This document shows, piece after piece, positions 19,269-28,578 of a stretch of DNA of 64,000 nucleotides. Source of the DNA: a bacterium (GTDB taxonomy: Bacteria > Electryoneota > Electryoneia > Electryoneales > Electryoneaceae); the NCBI GenBank assembly GCA_963669175.1, contig OY769902.1:1856001-1920000 (forward strand), given 5' to 3'. Position 1 is the stretch's first letter, and each line of letters begins with the position of its first letter. Both the position numbers and the translations under genes were made by a program. The notes below the pieces were generated by a model, which made no database searches, was not told where the DNA came from, and was given only the letters and a program-made list of their open reading frames with translations.

Positions 19269-19664
19269 TCAGGAGCCTTGGCACTGGTCGCAAATACCCT
19301 GAATGATCACTTCCTGCCCGGTAATGGTCCAACCCGGCACCTTGATGTCATCCAACTGTGTGGGTAACTCCACTTCCATGACATCGACCAGACGGTTGCA
19401 CTTCGTACACTGTACATGAAGATGCGGTTTGACATCACCATCGTACCTGCGTGGCATGCCACCGTGATCAATCGTGCGAATCTTGCCTTCACCGGTCAAC
19501 AACTCCAGGTTTCTGTAAACTGTACCCATGCTGATCCGCGGTAAACGCTTCTTAACCAGCAAGTACAGTTCATCCGCTGTCGGATGAGTGCGCAACTTGC
19601 ACAATTCCTCCAGCAATACCTGGCGTTGCCTGGTCATCCTTCGCTGTTGACTGTTTTCAATCAT
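19269..19664 (-). CDS. Fur/PerR-family transcriptional repressor
   Basis: RMTRQR, HPTADELY, ISMGTVYRNL, HLHVQCTKC, GICDQC. Confidence 0.93.
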   Translation of the reverse strand: MIENSQQRRMTRQRQVLLEELCKLRTHPTADELYLLVKKRLPRISMGTVYRNLELLTGEGKIRTIDHGGMPRRYDGDVKPHLHVQCTKCNRLVDVMEVELPTQLDDIKVPGWTITGQEVIIQGICDQCQGS

Positions 19665-19676
19665 GGCCTTATCGCT

Positions 19677-19695
19677 ATCAGTAACTGTTCCTAAT
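19677..19695. promoter_or_regulatory. Putative Fur/PerR autoregulatory operator
   Basis: Imperfect 9-1-9 palindrome ATCAGTAAC-T-GTTCCTAAT (7/9 pairs) about 12 bp upstream of the repressor start codon. Confidence 0.55.
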
Positions 19696-19891
19696 AAGTG
19701 AAAATTTCAGTCCGATTTCAATAGCTGTTTACAATTTGTTCTCTCAAGAGAGACACTCTTGTCGGTATAAGTCCATGAGGATGCAAACTTAAAGTGATTA
19801 TTCAGAAAAAGGTAAATTTCCATTTAAGTTTTTCCGGGGAAAGCCGATAATGGAGATGAGGGCAAAGGGAATTCAAACGAGAGATCGTCCC

Positions 19892-20869
19892 ATGAACAGA
19901 ACAGCCACAAGTATACTACTGGTTATGGTGCTTGCCTGTGTGGCGGTAGCACGTGACTGGAACATCCGGTTTTCAGAGGATTATGATCCACGCCAGCAGA
20001 TTCGTCTGGTAGTGATGCCTACTCAGATATCGACCAAGTTGAAACGGGTTGAGCCGCGAACCGTATCCGCATTGCTCTCGACAGAACTTTTGCGTGAATA
20101 TGATGTTCTCGATTTAACTCGCTTCGAGAAGTACCTGGCGGATCGGAAGCTGAGTTCGCTTGAGCAGGCGTTCAGTGTCAAGGGGCAGCCTGTGGTGATT
20201 GACAGCGCTTCGCTGGACGCCATCACGAATATTGAAGTTTATCGATGGGATGAGGGTGTTGCTGGGAACATCCTGTCCGCACAGAAGGGATCGATCGGTG
20301 TCCGTGTCACGCTGACAGAACCCTATTCGGGGACAGTGTTGTGGAGTATCAACCTGCTGGACAAGGTGAAGGGCGGGTCTGATTTCCTGGTTGCCATTAC
20401 AGGAGTATTCCGTGACCTGGTGAGTGATCTTCAGAAGGAAAATGAACGTCTGGCCAAACGTCTGGACAAGCAGGACGAGCTGGCTGCCAAAGCGCTGGAT
20501 AAAGAAGCGGACCGTCTTGCACGTGAACGTGAAAAAGAAGAAGAGGAACGTGAGCGTGAACGGCTGGCTGAGGAAAAGCGCCAGAGTCAGATACTGGAGC
20601 GCGTTGCGATGGCGGAAGGCAGTATGTTCAAGGATATCAAGGAAGCCAACGAAGCTGCACCGATATTGAAGGAATTCAGCTTCATGACTGAACCGGTTGT
20701 GGTGGATACTGTCGAAGTATCGACTCCATTGCCATTCTATTACCAGAACGGTGAGGACAAAGCTGTAGACCGTGTAGAAAGGCGGAGACGCAGGCCGACG
20801 AGCATGTCTAAACCCGAAGAGGAGAACACCAAGGCGACCAGCGTAAAGAATGGCAACAGCCCGGGGTAA
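19892..20869 (+). CDS. Exported hypothetical protein (possible CsgG/LpoB-like alpha/beta domain plus coiled coil)
   Basis: Signal peptide, LVVMP...SIGVRVTLTEPYSGTVLWS pattern, E/R-rich coiled coil. Confidence 0.6.
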   Translation: MNRTATSILLVMVLACVAVARDWNIRFSEDYDPRQQIRLVVMPTQISTKLKRVEPRTVSALLSTELLREYDVLDLTRFEKYLADRKLSSLEQAFSVKGQPVVIDSASLDAITNIEVYRWDEGVAGNILSAQKGSIGVRVTLTEPYSGTVLWSINLLDKVKGGSDFLVAITGVFRDLVSDLQKENERLAKRLDKQDELAAKALDKEADRLAREREKEEEERERERLAEEKRQSQILERVAMAEGSMFKDIKEANEAAPILKEFSFMTEPVVVDTVEVSTPLPFYYQNGEDKAVDRVERRRRRPTSMSKPEEENTKATSVKNGNSPG

Positions 20870-20891
20870 AAGAAGCGAAATTATATTTCAC

Positions 20892-20923
20892 CGAAAAGAG
20901 CGGCTTGTCCGCTCTTTTCGTTT
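20892..20923 (+). terminator. Rho-independent terminator
   Basis: CGAAAAGAGCGG-CTTG-TCCGCTCTTTTCG followed by Ts. Confidence 0.7.
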
Positions 20924-20983
20924 TCAGATGTTAAAGCTGTAAAGAATGTTGTACATTGTATCAGAACAAAAAGGGACAATTTA

Positions 20984-21727
20984 ATGCAGGCGCTTTCGGT
21001 TGACGCATTTCGTTTCATGCAGGATTTGTATGACAATAACAACAAGGCCTGGTTTGATGCGAACCGCGAGCGTTATATCAGCGCCATTCGTGAGCCAATG
21101 AAATACCTGGCTCGCACACTTACCGGTCCAGTCAGTCTCGCCGTTCCCACATTCTCCGGTAAAGTAAAGATCTCAAGAATAAACAACGATATACGCTTTC
21201 ATCACGATAAACCTCCCTACAAGGAACACGTCTGGATTTCATTTGGAGATGTCACCCCGGACAGCCCGGCAGATCTATTCTGCGCTATTGGCAAAAATGG
21301 CTGGGTGTTTGGCGCCGGAATAGCTTCATCCAAACGGAAATTAATGGATCCCTGGCGTTTGAACCTGATCAGGCATGCTGATATCTGGTTAAAGTACTTC
21401 GATGTGCTGAAAATTCGTTCCGAGATGGATCTTTTCCTTGAGAACCCTTATAAAAAACAATTATATAGTGATACGCCGAAAGAGCTGTTTGAATTCGTGC
21501 AGGCTCGTAGCGCCTGGATCGTAAGCAAGCCGGTTGCCTGTTTTGAAAAGAGTCCGGAAGCGGATTTTTTCAGGGGGCTGTGTTTGATTCTGCCGGCTTT
21601 CTACTTCATGAATTGTGTTAGCGGTGATCTCATGGAAAAGCTATCAGCTATTGGTGAACTGATTGATCCGCCGTCTGAGGATGTTGAAGAGGTTTGGCAG
21701 GCTGTCCAACAGGAAACACGGAGATAA
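20984..21727 (+). CDS. DUF2461-family protein
   Basis: FMQDLYDNNNKAWFDANRERY and SRINNDIRFHHDKPPYK signature. Confidence 0.85.
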   Translation: MQALSVDAFRFMQDLYDNNNKAWFDANRERYISAIREPMKYLARTLTGPVSLAVPTFSGKVKISRINNDIRFHHDKPPYKEHVWISFGDVTPDSPADLFCAIGKNGWVFGAGIASSKRKLMDPWRLNLIRHADIWLKYFDVLKIRSEMDLFLENPYKKQLYSDTPKELFEFVQARSAWIVSKPVACFEKSPEADFFRGLCLILPAFYFMNCVSGDLMEKLSAIGELIDPPSEDVEEVWQAVQQETRR

Positions 21728-21740
21728 TCGGGACTTCACG

Positions 21741-24119
21741 ATGGATCTCAACCATAAAACCAAAGAAGAACTGATCGCCATGTTGCAGGAGATGCAGCAG
21801 GATATGGATACTCTGTCAAAAGTATCCATGGAAAAGGCGCATTTTGCCTGGGACATTCTTGATAGTATCAGTGACGGGTTTATGACACTGAATAGCAACC
21901 TGGAGATAACCTATTTCAACCATGCTGCGGAGAATAGTACCGGCGTCAAACGCGAGGATGCGATAGGAAAACATGTCAAGGAAGCGTTTTCCTTTGCGAA
22001 CATCAGCGTCGCTGAAACCAGTTTCAAAAAAGCCCTGGAAACTGGCGACCCGCAAACCTATGAGATTTTACGTGATAATGAACAATATGGTAACTGGTAT
22101 GCAGTTCGAGTGTGTCCTTATGAAAAGGGCTTATCTGTTTACTTCCAGGTAATCACAGAAAAAAAACTGGCCGAGCAGGCGTTATTAACACGTGAAGAGC
22201 AGTTTCGTGCCCTGGCGGAACTGGCGCCGATTGCTATTGTCGTTCATCGCAATAAGATGATCAAGTACATGAATGCTACCGGATTACGCTATGTCAGGGC
22301 AAGATCCCTTTCCGATGTTCTGGGTAAATCGATCCTCGATTTTATTGCACCGGAATACTTCGATGAAGTTTACGAACGGTACAGTAGATTAGAGCAGATC
22401 GGTGATTATTTCACCGGCGTCGAAGAAAAACTGGTCCGCATGGACGGGACACTTTTTGATGTTGAAGTACAGGGGAAGGTAATTCCGTTTGGCGGTGAAC
22501 CTGCTGTCCAGTTGATTATCCAGGATACTTCAGAACGGAAAGAGGCGATCAGAGCTCTCAAGGAAAGTGAAGAGCGGTTAAAACTGGTGCTAACGGCAGC
22601 AGAAGTTGGCACCTGGGACTGGGATGTTCAAGCTGGAAAAGTTAGCTACGATAAAAACTGGGCAGCCATGATCGGATATCAGGTTGAAGAACTCGCACCC
22701 AAAATTTCCACATGGTATGAATTGCTGCATCCTGATGATGCTGGTCCCGCAAATGAAATGCTGGAAGAACACCTTTCCGGGAAAACGGAACTCTATGAAA
22801 CCGAATTCAGAATGCGGCACAAGGATGGACGATGGAAATGGATTCATACCAAAGGGAAAGTGATTGAATTCTCTGATGATGGCAAGCCGTTACGTGCGAT
22901 AGGCACGCATCTCGATATTTCAGAACGCATAAAGCACGAGGATGAGCAGAAGCGTCTGGAAGAACGGATGCAGCATGCACAGAAACTGGAAAGCCTTGGT
23001 GTTCTGGCCGGTGGTATCGCGCATGATTTCAACAACCTGCTGGTAGGCATACTGGGTAACGCCGAACTGGCTTTGCCGGATATCCCGCTTTCCTCATCTG
23101 CCTACCAATGTGTTCGTGAAATTTCCCGTGCAGCGACTCGTGCCGCAGACCTCAGTCGGCAAATGCTGGCCTATTCAGGTAAAGGGAAATTTGTAATTGA
23201 GACAATTCTCCTGAAAGACATTATCGAGGAGATGTCGTCAATATTTCGAGCTTCCGTGCCAAAGAACATCTTGATCAGGTTGGATTTTGATCCTGCCACG
23301 CCACGAGTTGATGCAGACATCACTCAACTGCGACAGGTATTAATGAACCTGGTAGTGAACTCGGGGGAAGCGATTGGTGAGAAGAGTGGGATCATCAGTA
23401 TTCGCACGGGATTGCTGGAATGTGACAGTCAATACCTGGAAGGAATGTACCCGGGCACGGAACTGAAACCCGGTACCTACGCTTTCCTGGAGGTGTCTGA
23501 CAACGGGGAGGGAATGAACAATGATACTCTTTCGAAAATATTTGATCCCTTCTTCACCACAAAATTTGTCGGTAGAGGATTAGGTCTTGCTGCTGTACTG
23601 GGGATTATTCGTGGCCACGATGGAGGTATTAAAGTTTACAGTGAGCCGAAATCCGGAACATCGTTCAAAATATTGTTGCCTGCAACGAAGCACGTTGAAG
23701 AAGAATCAAGTGAAAGCTACGAGAATACAGTTCGATACCAGGGATCAGGAGCTGTACTGATTGCTGACGATGAGCAGACAGTCTTAACTGTAGCTTCCAA
23801 AATGCTGACCAAGATGGGTTTTTCCATCCTGTTGGCAGAAAATGGCAGGGAGGCGCTGGAGGTCTTCAAACAGCACAGGGATGAAATAGCTGTCGTTCTG
23901 CTTGACTTGACGATGCCGCATCTTGATGGTGAGGCTGTATTCAGCCAGATGAAAGCCCTGCGTCAAGATGTGAAGGTAATCCTGACCAGCGGCTACAATG
24001 AGCAGGATATTATGAACAGATTCTCCGGTAAGGGATTGGCCGGATTCATTCATAAGCCATTTAAATTTAAAGATCTGGAAGATGTTCTTCGTCAGGTGCA
24101 GAGTACGCCTGATCATTGA
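21741..24119 (+). CDS. Multi-PAS hybrid histidine kinase/response regulator
   Basis: Three PAS domains, LAGGIAHDFNN, FFTTKFVGRGLGL, receiver with DLTMP and KPF. Confidence 0.94.
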   Translation: MDLNHKTKEELIAMLQEMQQDMDTLSKVSMEKAHFAWDILDSISDGFMTLNSNLEITYFNHAAENSTGVKREDAIGKHVKEAFSFANISVAETSFKKALETGDPQTYEILRDNEQYGNWYAVRVCPYEKGLSVYFQVITEKKLAEQALLTREEQFRALAELAPIAIVVHRNKMIKYMNATGLRYVRARSLSDVLGKSILDFIAPEYFDEVYERYSRLEQIGDYFTGVEEKLVRMDGTLFDVEVQGKVIPFGGEPAVQLIIQDTSERKEAIRALKESEERLKLVLTAAEVGTWDWDVQAGKVSYDKNWAAMIGYQVEELAPKISTWYELLHPDDAGPANEMLEEHLSGKTELYETEFRMRHKDGRWKWIHTKGKVIEFSDDGKPLRAIGTHLDISERIKHEDEQKRLEERMQHAQKLESLGVLAGGIAHDFNNLLVGILGNAELALPDIPLSSSAYQCVREISRAATRAADLSRQMLAYSGKGKFVIETILLKDIIEEMSSIFRASVPKNILIRLDFDPATPRVDADITQLRQVLMNLVVNSGEAIGEKSGIISIRTGLLECDSQYLEGMYPGTELKPGTYAFLEVSDNGEGMNNDTLSKIFDPFFTTKFVGRGLGLAAVLGIIRGHDGGIKVYSEPKSGTSFKILLPATKHVEEESSESYENTVRYQGSGAVLIADDEQTVLTVASKMLTKMGFSILLAENGREALEVFKQHRDEIAVVLLDLTMPHLDGEAVFSQMKALRQDVKVILTSGYNEQDIMNRFSGKGLAGFIHKPFKFKDLEDVLRQVQSTPDH

Positions 24120-24283
24120 TTCTTGTTCCTCGCTATTTCTTTGGGTACACATAACAAGATACAGACACTATATGTGCCTTCATTGATGCATCTTATTGTG
24201 TGGCGACAATCCACTTCCAAGTGATGACAGACTATTTCCCTACCCCGATCCCGAAGGGATCGAAAATGCGACTAAATCTGTAA

Positions 24284-24530
24284 GAAAATCGGGACTGCTA
24301 CACTTTTCTGCAAGTGACATTATCTGATTACAAGATTAGTGTCGGGTTGTATACATAAAAACTGACCTTCATAGCGTAAACAAATAGCAGAAAAGGTAGC
24401 TGTCCCAGGATTTTCGGCTTATCTCGAACAACAAGCTGGCGAAAAATCTGGTACAGCTACCTTTTCGGTAACTCTTGCTTAATAATCAATATTTGACAAA
24501 GATGAAAAAGTAGCAGTCCCATTTTTCGCT
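24284..24530. repeat. Dispersed REP cassette family A, copy 1
   Basis: AAAATCGGGACTGCTACACTTTT...AAAAGGTAGCTGTCCC...AAAAATCTGGTACAGCTACCTTTT...AGTCCCATTTTTCGC. Homologous to the copies at 28163 and 32342. Confidence 0.85.
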
Positions 24531-24622
24531 GCCACCCCAATCGTCGTTTTCTTGCTGGCCATTGACACTTCTCCCCATACGAAACAGCAAGGCGCTATAA
24601 TTCTTCTACAATCACAGTTTTA

Positions 24623-26227
24623 TCAGTTTGAAGGCTGAAGCGGGAGCTTCACTGTGAACAGTGTACCGTCGCCCTGCTTGCTTTCTATGGACACTACGCC
24701 ACGATGTGCTTCAACGACTCGTTTTACAATCGCCAGCCCCAACCCGCTGCGGCGTGTTTTTCCATGTGTGACAAACGGATCAAAAATGAACGCCAGTTTG
24801 TCACGTGGAATACCGATTCCCGTATCACGAATACTGAACCACCATTCACGGCTGTCCGCACCGGCTTCGATACGGATATCGCCACCGTCCGGCATCGCCT
24901 CGGAAGCATTCAGGATCAGGTTCTCCAGCACTCTGCCGATACGGTCATGGTCGAACATGGCGTGAGTATCGCCAAGTTTGAGACTGGTGCGAATATGGAC
25001 CGGGTAGCGTTGGATCAGTTCACGTAGCACAACCATCCGGTTGGTAAAAAAGTCATTTAACGGGTACGATTCCAGCATAAGGCTGGCGCTGCCACGAGAA
25101 AAATCGAGCACTTCCTGTGTCATCGCCATCAGGCGATCTATCTGGCCGACAATTACCCGTGAAAATTCCTGAATCTCCCTGTCCTTATGGGTCAGCGCAA
25201 GGGCTTGAGTTTTGCCACGAATCAGGTCAATCGGGTTTTTCAGGTCATGGACCAGGGCCGCCGCGAAATTTCCCAGTGCAGCCAGTGATTGCTGACGGGT
25301 GAATTCCGCGCCTTTCTGCGCGCGTTGAATGGCGAGGGAAGCATGAACGCTGATATCACGGATAAACGCTTCATCATCACGAGTGAAACGTCCCGTATTC
25401 TTGTTCAACAACTGGATAATGCCGATGATCTTGCCCTCCGGATTGCGGAGCGGCATGGTCAGCAGGGAGCGGGTCAGAAATCCGGTCAACTTGTCAAAGC
25501 TGTAGTCGAATCGTTTGTCCGTGTAAGCATCTTCAAGGTTGACAGTCGCGCCAGTAATTGCGACATCACCAGCGATTCCCTGGCCTATCGGGATGCGTAT
25601 CTCATCAATTTGTTCATCCTGCATAACACGTGTACGCAGGTCGCCAGAGTCCTCATCCACCAGGTAAATGGTGCATTTTTCCGCGCCGGTATGTTGAATG
25701 GCCGCGGTCCAGATTTCACGCAGAATATCATCGAGGGACAGGGGGGAATTCAGCGCCTGGCTGACTTTCATTACCGCCGCATGACGATGATGATGAAAGA
25801 GCAAACGTCGTGTTACGGCATCGTAATCATGGAATGTGCGTGGCAATACAATGCTGGAGAAAGCGATGGCCGTATCCGGATTATCGTCCATCAATTGCCT
25901 GAAGGTCTGCCTGGTTAGCATCCAGCCTTTGACCGGTTCGAGGGCTACGGCTGTTGTGGGAGATCGAAGGCCCAGCAGGGTGGATTCGCCCATCCAGTCG
26001 CCCGGATGTTTGGTCAAAGGTTCCATGGGACTCAGGTCTTCGGGGGAATCAGAGAAATTCTCCCGGGCGCTTCCTTCTTCCAGGAAATAAATCCCGCCGG
26101 TAAACATGCCTTCCCGGTACAGGATTTCGTCCGCATCAAGGACAAACGGTTGAAAGTTTTGCTCAAGCAACGCTGCGTTGTTCTCACCCAACTGTGAAAA
26201 CTGAGTGCTGATGAACTGCTTCTTCAT
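24623..26227 (-). CDS. cNMP-binding + GAF sensor histidine kinase
   Basis: N-terminal cNMP-binding fold (LYREG...GDWMGE...PTTAVA), GAF (GQGIAG...DAYTDKRF...IIQLLNK), HDLKNP, DTGIG, GLGL. Confidence 0.9.
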   Translation of the reverse strand: MKKQFISTQFSQLGENNAALLEQNFQPFVLDADEILYREGMFTGGIYFLEEGSARENFSDSPEDLSPMEPLTKHPGDWMGESTLLGLRSPTTAVALEPVKGWMLTRQTFRQLMDDNPDTAIAFSSIVLPRTFHDYDAVTRRLLFHHHRHAAVMKVSQALNSPLSLDDILREIWTAAIQHTGAEKCTIYLVDEDSGDLRTRVMQDEQIDEIRIPIGQGIAGDVAITGATVNLEDAYTDKRFDYSFDKLTGFLTRSLLTMPLRNPEGKIIGIIQLLNKNTGRFTRDDEAFIRDISVHASLAIQRAQKGAEFTRQQSLAALGNFAAALVHDLKNPIDLIRGKTQALALTHKDREIQEFSRVIVGQIDRLMAMTQEVLDFSRGSASLMLESYPLNDFFTNRMVVLRELIQRYPVHIRTSLKLGDTHAMFDHDRIGRVLENLILNASEAMPDGGDIRIEAGADSREWWFSIRDTGIGIPRDKLAFIFDPFVTHGKTRRSGLGLAIVKRVVEAHRGVVSIESKQGDGTLFTVKLPLQPSN

Positions 26228-26241
26228 GAAAGGTCCTCGAG

Positions 26242-26694
26242 TTACTCTTCCAACTTTTTTCTTGCCAGCAATTTGGTCTCGATCAGCTCTTCATGGCTGA
26301 GGTTCAATAAGCGTTGAAACTTGTGAACGAGGTAATCTTCCTGTGGATCGAGCCGACCATCGGAAAGAATGACTGTCCACAGTTCCTGGAGAAGGTCGCA
26401 TTTTTCTTCGCGCTTCAGTGTTTCGTTTATACGACGGGTAAACGGGAAAAGGTCCAATTCCGCTTTTACGGCCTCTTCAGCCTCGCTAAGAACCTGATTC
26501 GCGTCGTTTTTATCCATGTTGAACCGTTGATGCAGGATGTCAAATACAAACCCACGCTCGTCTCGGGAGAAATCTCCATCACTGCGCGCTGCTTCCAGCA
26601 GAAGCGCACTGATTGCCAGGGACAGGTCTATTTTATTGGCGGCTGTAGTGGATGAACCGGCGCCGGTGAGGAAAGCCTTCAGTCTGGATAACAT
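26242..26694 (-). CDS. TerB-family (tellurite resistance-like) protein
   Basis: ALLLEAARSDGDFSRDE and SDGRLDPQE motifs. Confidence 0.88.
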   Translation of the reverse strand: MLSRLKAFLTGAGSSTTAANKIDLSLAISALLLEAARSDGDFSRDERGFVFDILHQRFNMDKNDANQVLSEAEEAVKAELDLFPFTRRINETLKREEKCDLLQELWTVILSDGRLDPQEDYLVHKFQRLLNLSHEELIETKLLARKKLEE

Positions 26695-26943
26695 GGAATT
26701 ACCTGAATCTCAGGGTTAACGGCTACTTTTACCTTGCCTTTGCAAAGTAAGCTAGTTCAATGAAATGGTCAAGCTGTCTGTATTCCTGAAAGGTGGAGCA
26801 GTAGCAGGTTCATGCAGAAATGTAAATGGACAGAGCAACACAAGCGAATGAATAATGGAGTCCCCCGGGAGAGAATGAATTACTACACAATAGTAAGAAA
26901 TGATTGTTATTTTATAGCAAGGTCAACAAAGGGGCATGAGGCG

Positions 26944-28146
26944 ATGAGGGCATATAAGCAACACGGCAAGGAACTGATTTCCATAGAAGAGTTTATGGGA
27001 ATGTCTGCGGCGATCAATTACCAGTTGTCCGCGGAACAACCGGATATGAAAGCGATCCTCGCCAAGGTTTTCAGTGGACGTCCTATTATGTATATGGACC
27101 CGTTGCTGGAAGCTGTCAAGGTGCTGTTGACCGGGTATGAAGGGAAGAGCCGTGAACTGGGTACCTTTGCTGAAATTCACCCGTTGAGGACTACGGCATT
27201 ATTGTGCCGTTGCATGGAAGAGCCGAGTGTCCTGGATCTTCTTGGAGGCCTGCTTCATGATGTGGAAGAGGATCTGAGCCCGGAGAACATGGACCCGGAT
27301 CGGTGGAAACGGTTGCAGGATACCCTCCGGACAACACGTGAAACCATTGACATTCATCACCAGTGGTTCCTCGGTGAACGAATGGCCCTGTACCGTCGCG
27401 AACCATTCCAGCCTTATTCCGTCTACCTTGGCAACCTGCTCGATGCTGCCCCGGACAATAAACCCGACCTCCTGCATGTGAAACTGGCCGACCGTCTGGA
27501 CAACACGCTGGATACCCAGCTATATCTCCCCAATATCTCCAACTACAATTTCTATCGTTTTGTCTTTGACCTGTTGTTTGTGCCTGAGTTTCCCGGTGTG
27601 AAGATTGACGAATACCATTTCATCCCCGCAGCAAAACAAGGCGTAAAGCTTCTGTCGCAGCTTTTCAAGAACACCATTTTCCTGTCCCTGATCCGGCAGG
27701 ACAACCTTGAGCACCTGACCCCGATTACCCATCGTCTGTTTAACGGGTTGGCGGTAGCCAGCATTCGTGAAGCTCAGTGGATTGCCCTCGAATTGTTCTC
27801 TTCGGATATCATTGATATCAAGCGGCAACGTGAGCTGCTGCTGGCCACGATGGAGTACACCCATAGCGGTGGCGTGTCCGCAATCCGTCCATTCACAGAT
27901 GAGAACCTGCTTGACGGCACCTATATCGAGAATTTTGCCCTGGTCAGTTCCAGGGAACGAAAGGAAAAACTCGCGGAACTGTTCCTGGCAAAGGATCAGC
28001 TAACCGAGATCATCATTGCATTCATCGCAACCTTCTCCGCATTCCTGAACGATCCGGAATTCTATATCAAGGGTATCGGACGGAAGGGGATTCAGCCCAT
28101 CAATGAACCGAAGTCCAGCCTGGATATTCCAACGGAAGATGAATAA
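26944..28146 (+). CDS. HD-domain protein, RelA/SpoT-hydrolase (Mesh1)-like core with uncharacterised C-terminal extension
   Basis: R..G....HP, LLHDVEED, VKLADRLDN. Confidence 0.7.
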   Translation: MRAYKQHGKELISIEEFMGMSAAINYQLSAEQPDMKAILAKVFSGRPIMYMDPLLEAVKVLLTGYEGKSRELGTFAEIHPLRTTALLCRCMEEPSVLDLLGGLLHDVEEDLSPENMDPDRWKRLQDTLRTTRETIDIHHQWFLGERMALYRREPFQPYSVYLGNLLDAAPDNKPDLLHVKLADRLDNTLDTQLYLPNISNYNFYRFVFDLLFVPEFPGVKIDEYHFIPAAKQGVKLLSQLFKNTIFLSLIRQDNLEHLTPITHRLFNGLAVASIREAQWIALELFSSDIIDIKRQRELLLATMEYTHSGGVSAIRPFTDENLLDGTYIENFALVSSRERKEKLAELFLAKDQLTEIIIAFIATFSAFLNDPEFYIKGIGRKGIQPINEPKSSLDIPTEDE

Positions 28147-28162
28147 ATCAATTTGGTACGGT

Positions 28163-28400
28163 AAATCGGGACTGCTACACTTTTCTGCGGAAGAGTCCCT
28201 TGAAACAAAGTAATGCATGGTTTTACAGGTGAATACTTGTTTCCATATCGAGAAAATTGCAGAAAAGGTAGCTGTCCCTGGATTTTCTGGTTGATCCAGA
28301 ACAGTAGCAGGCGAAAAATCTGGTACAGTCACCTTTTCAGAAATCCTGATTTAACTTCAAGAATTTGCGAACATGAAAAGGTGACAGTCCCATTTTTCGC
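28163..28400. repeat. Dispersed REP cassette family A, copy 2
   Basis: Same four ordered motifs as 24284-24530. Confidence 0.85.
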
Positions 28401-28578
28401 CCAATATTAACCGCACATACTATCCCGGAATAGCTCTGACTAATCAACCAAACCAACCTGCATGTCATCTTGGAATAGCTTTGACTGTCCACCGAAACCA
28501 AGCAGCGTGTCATCCCGGAAATGCTGTCGTTTAGCGTGATCCGGTCCACTAGACAGTTCACCCTCACTTCATTGTTTG

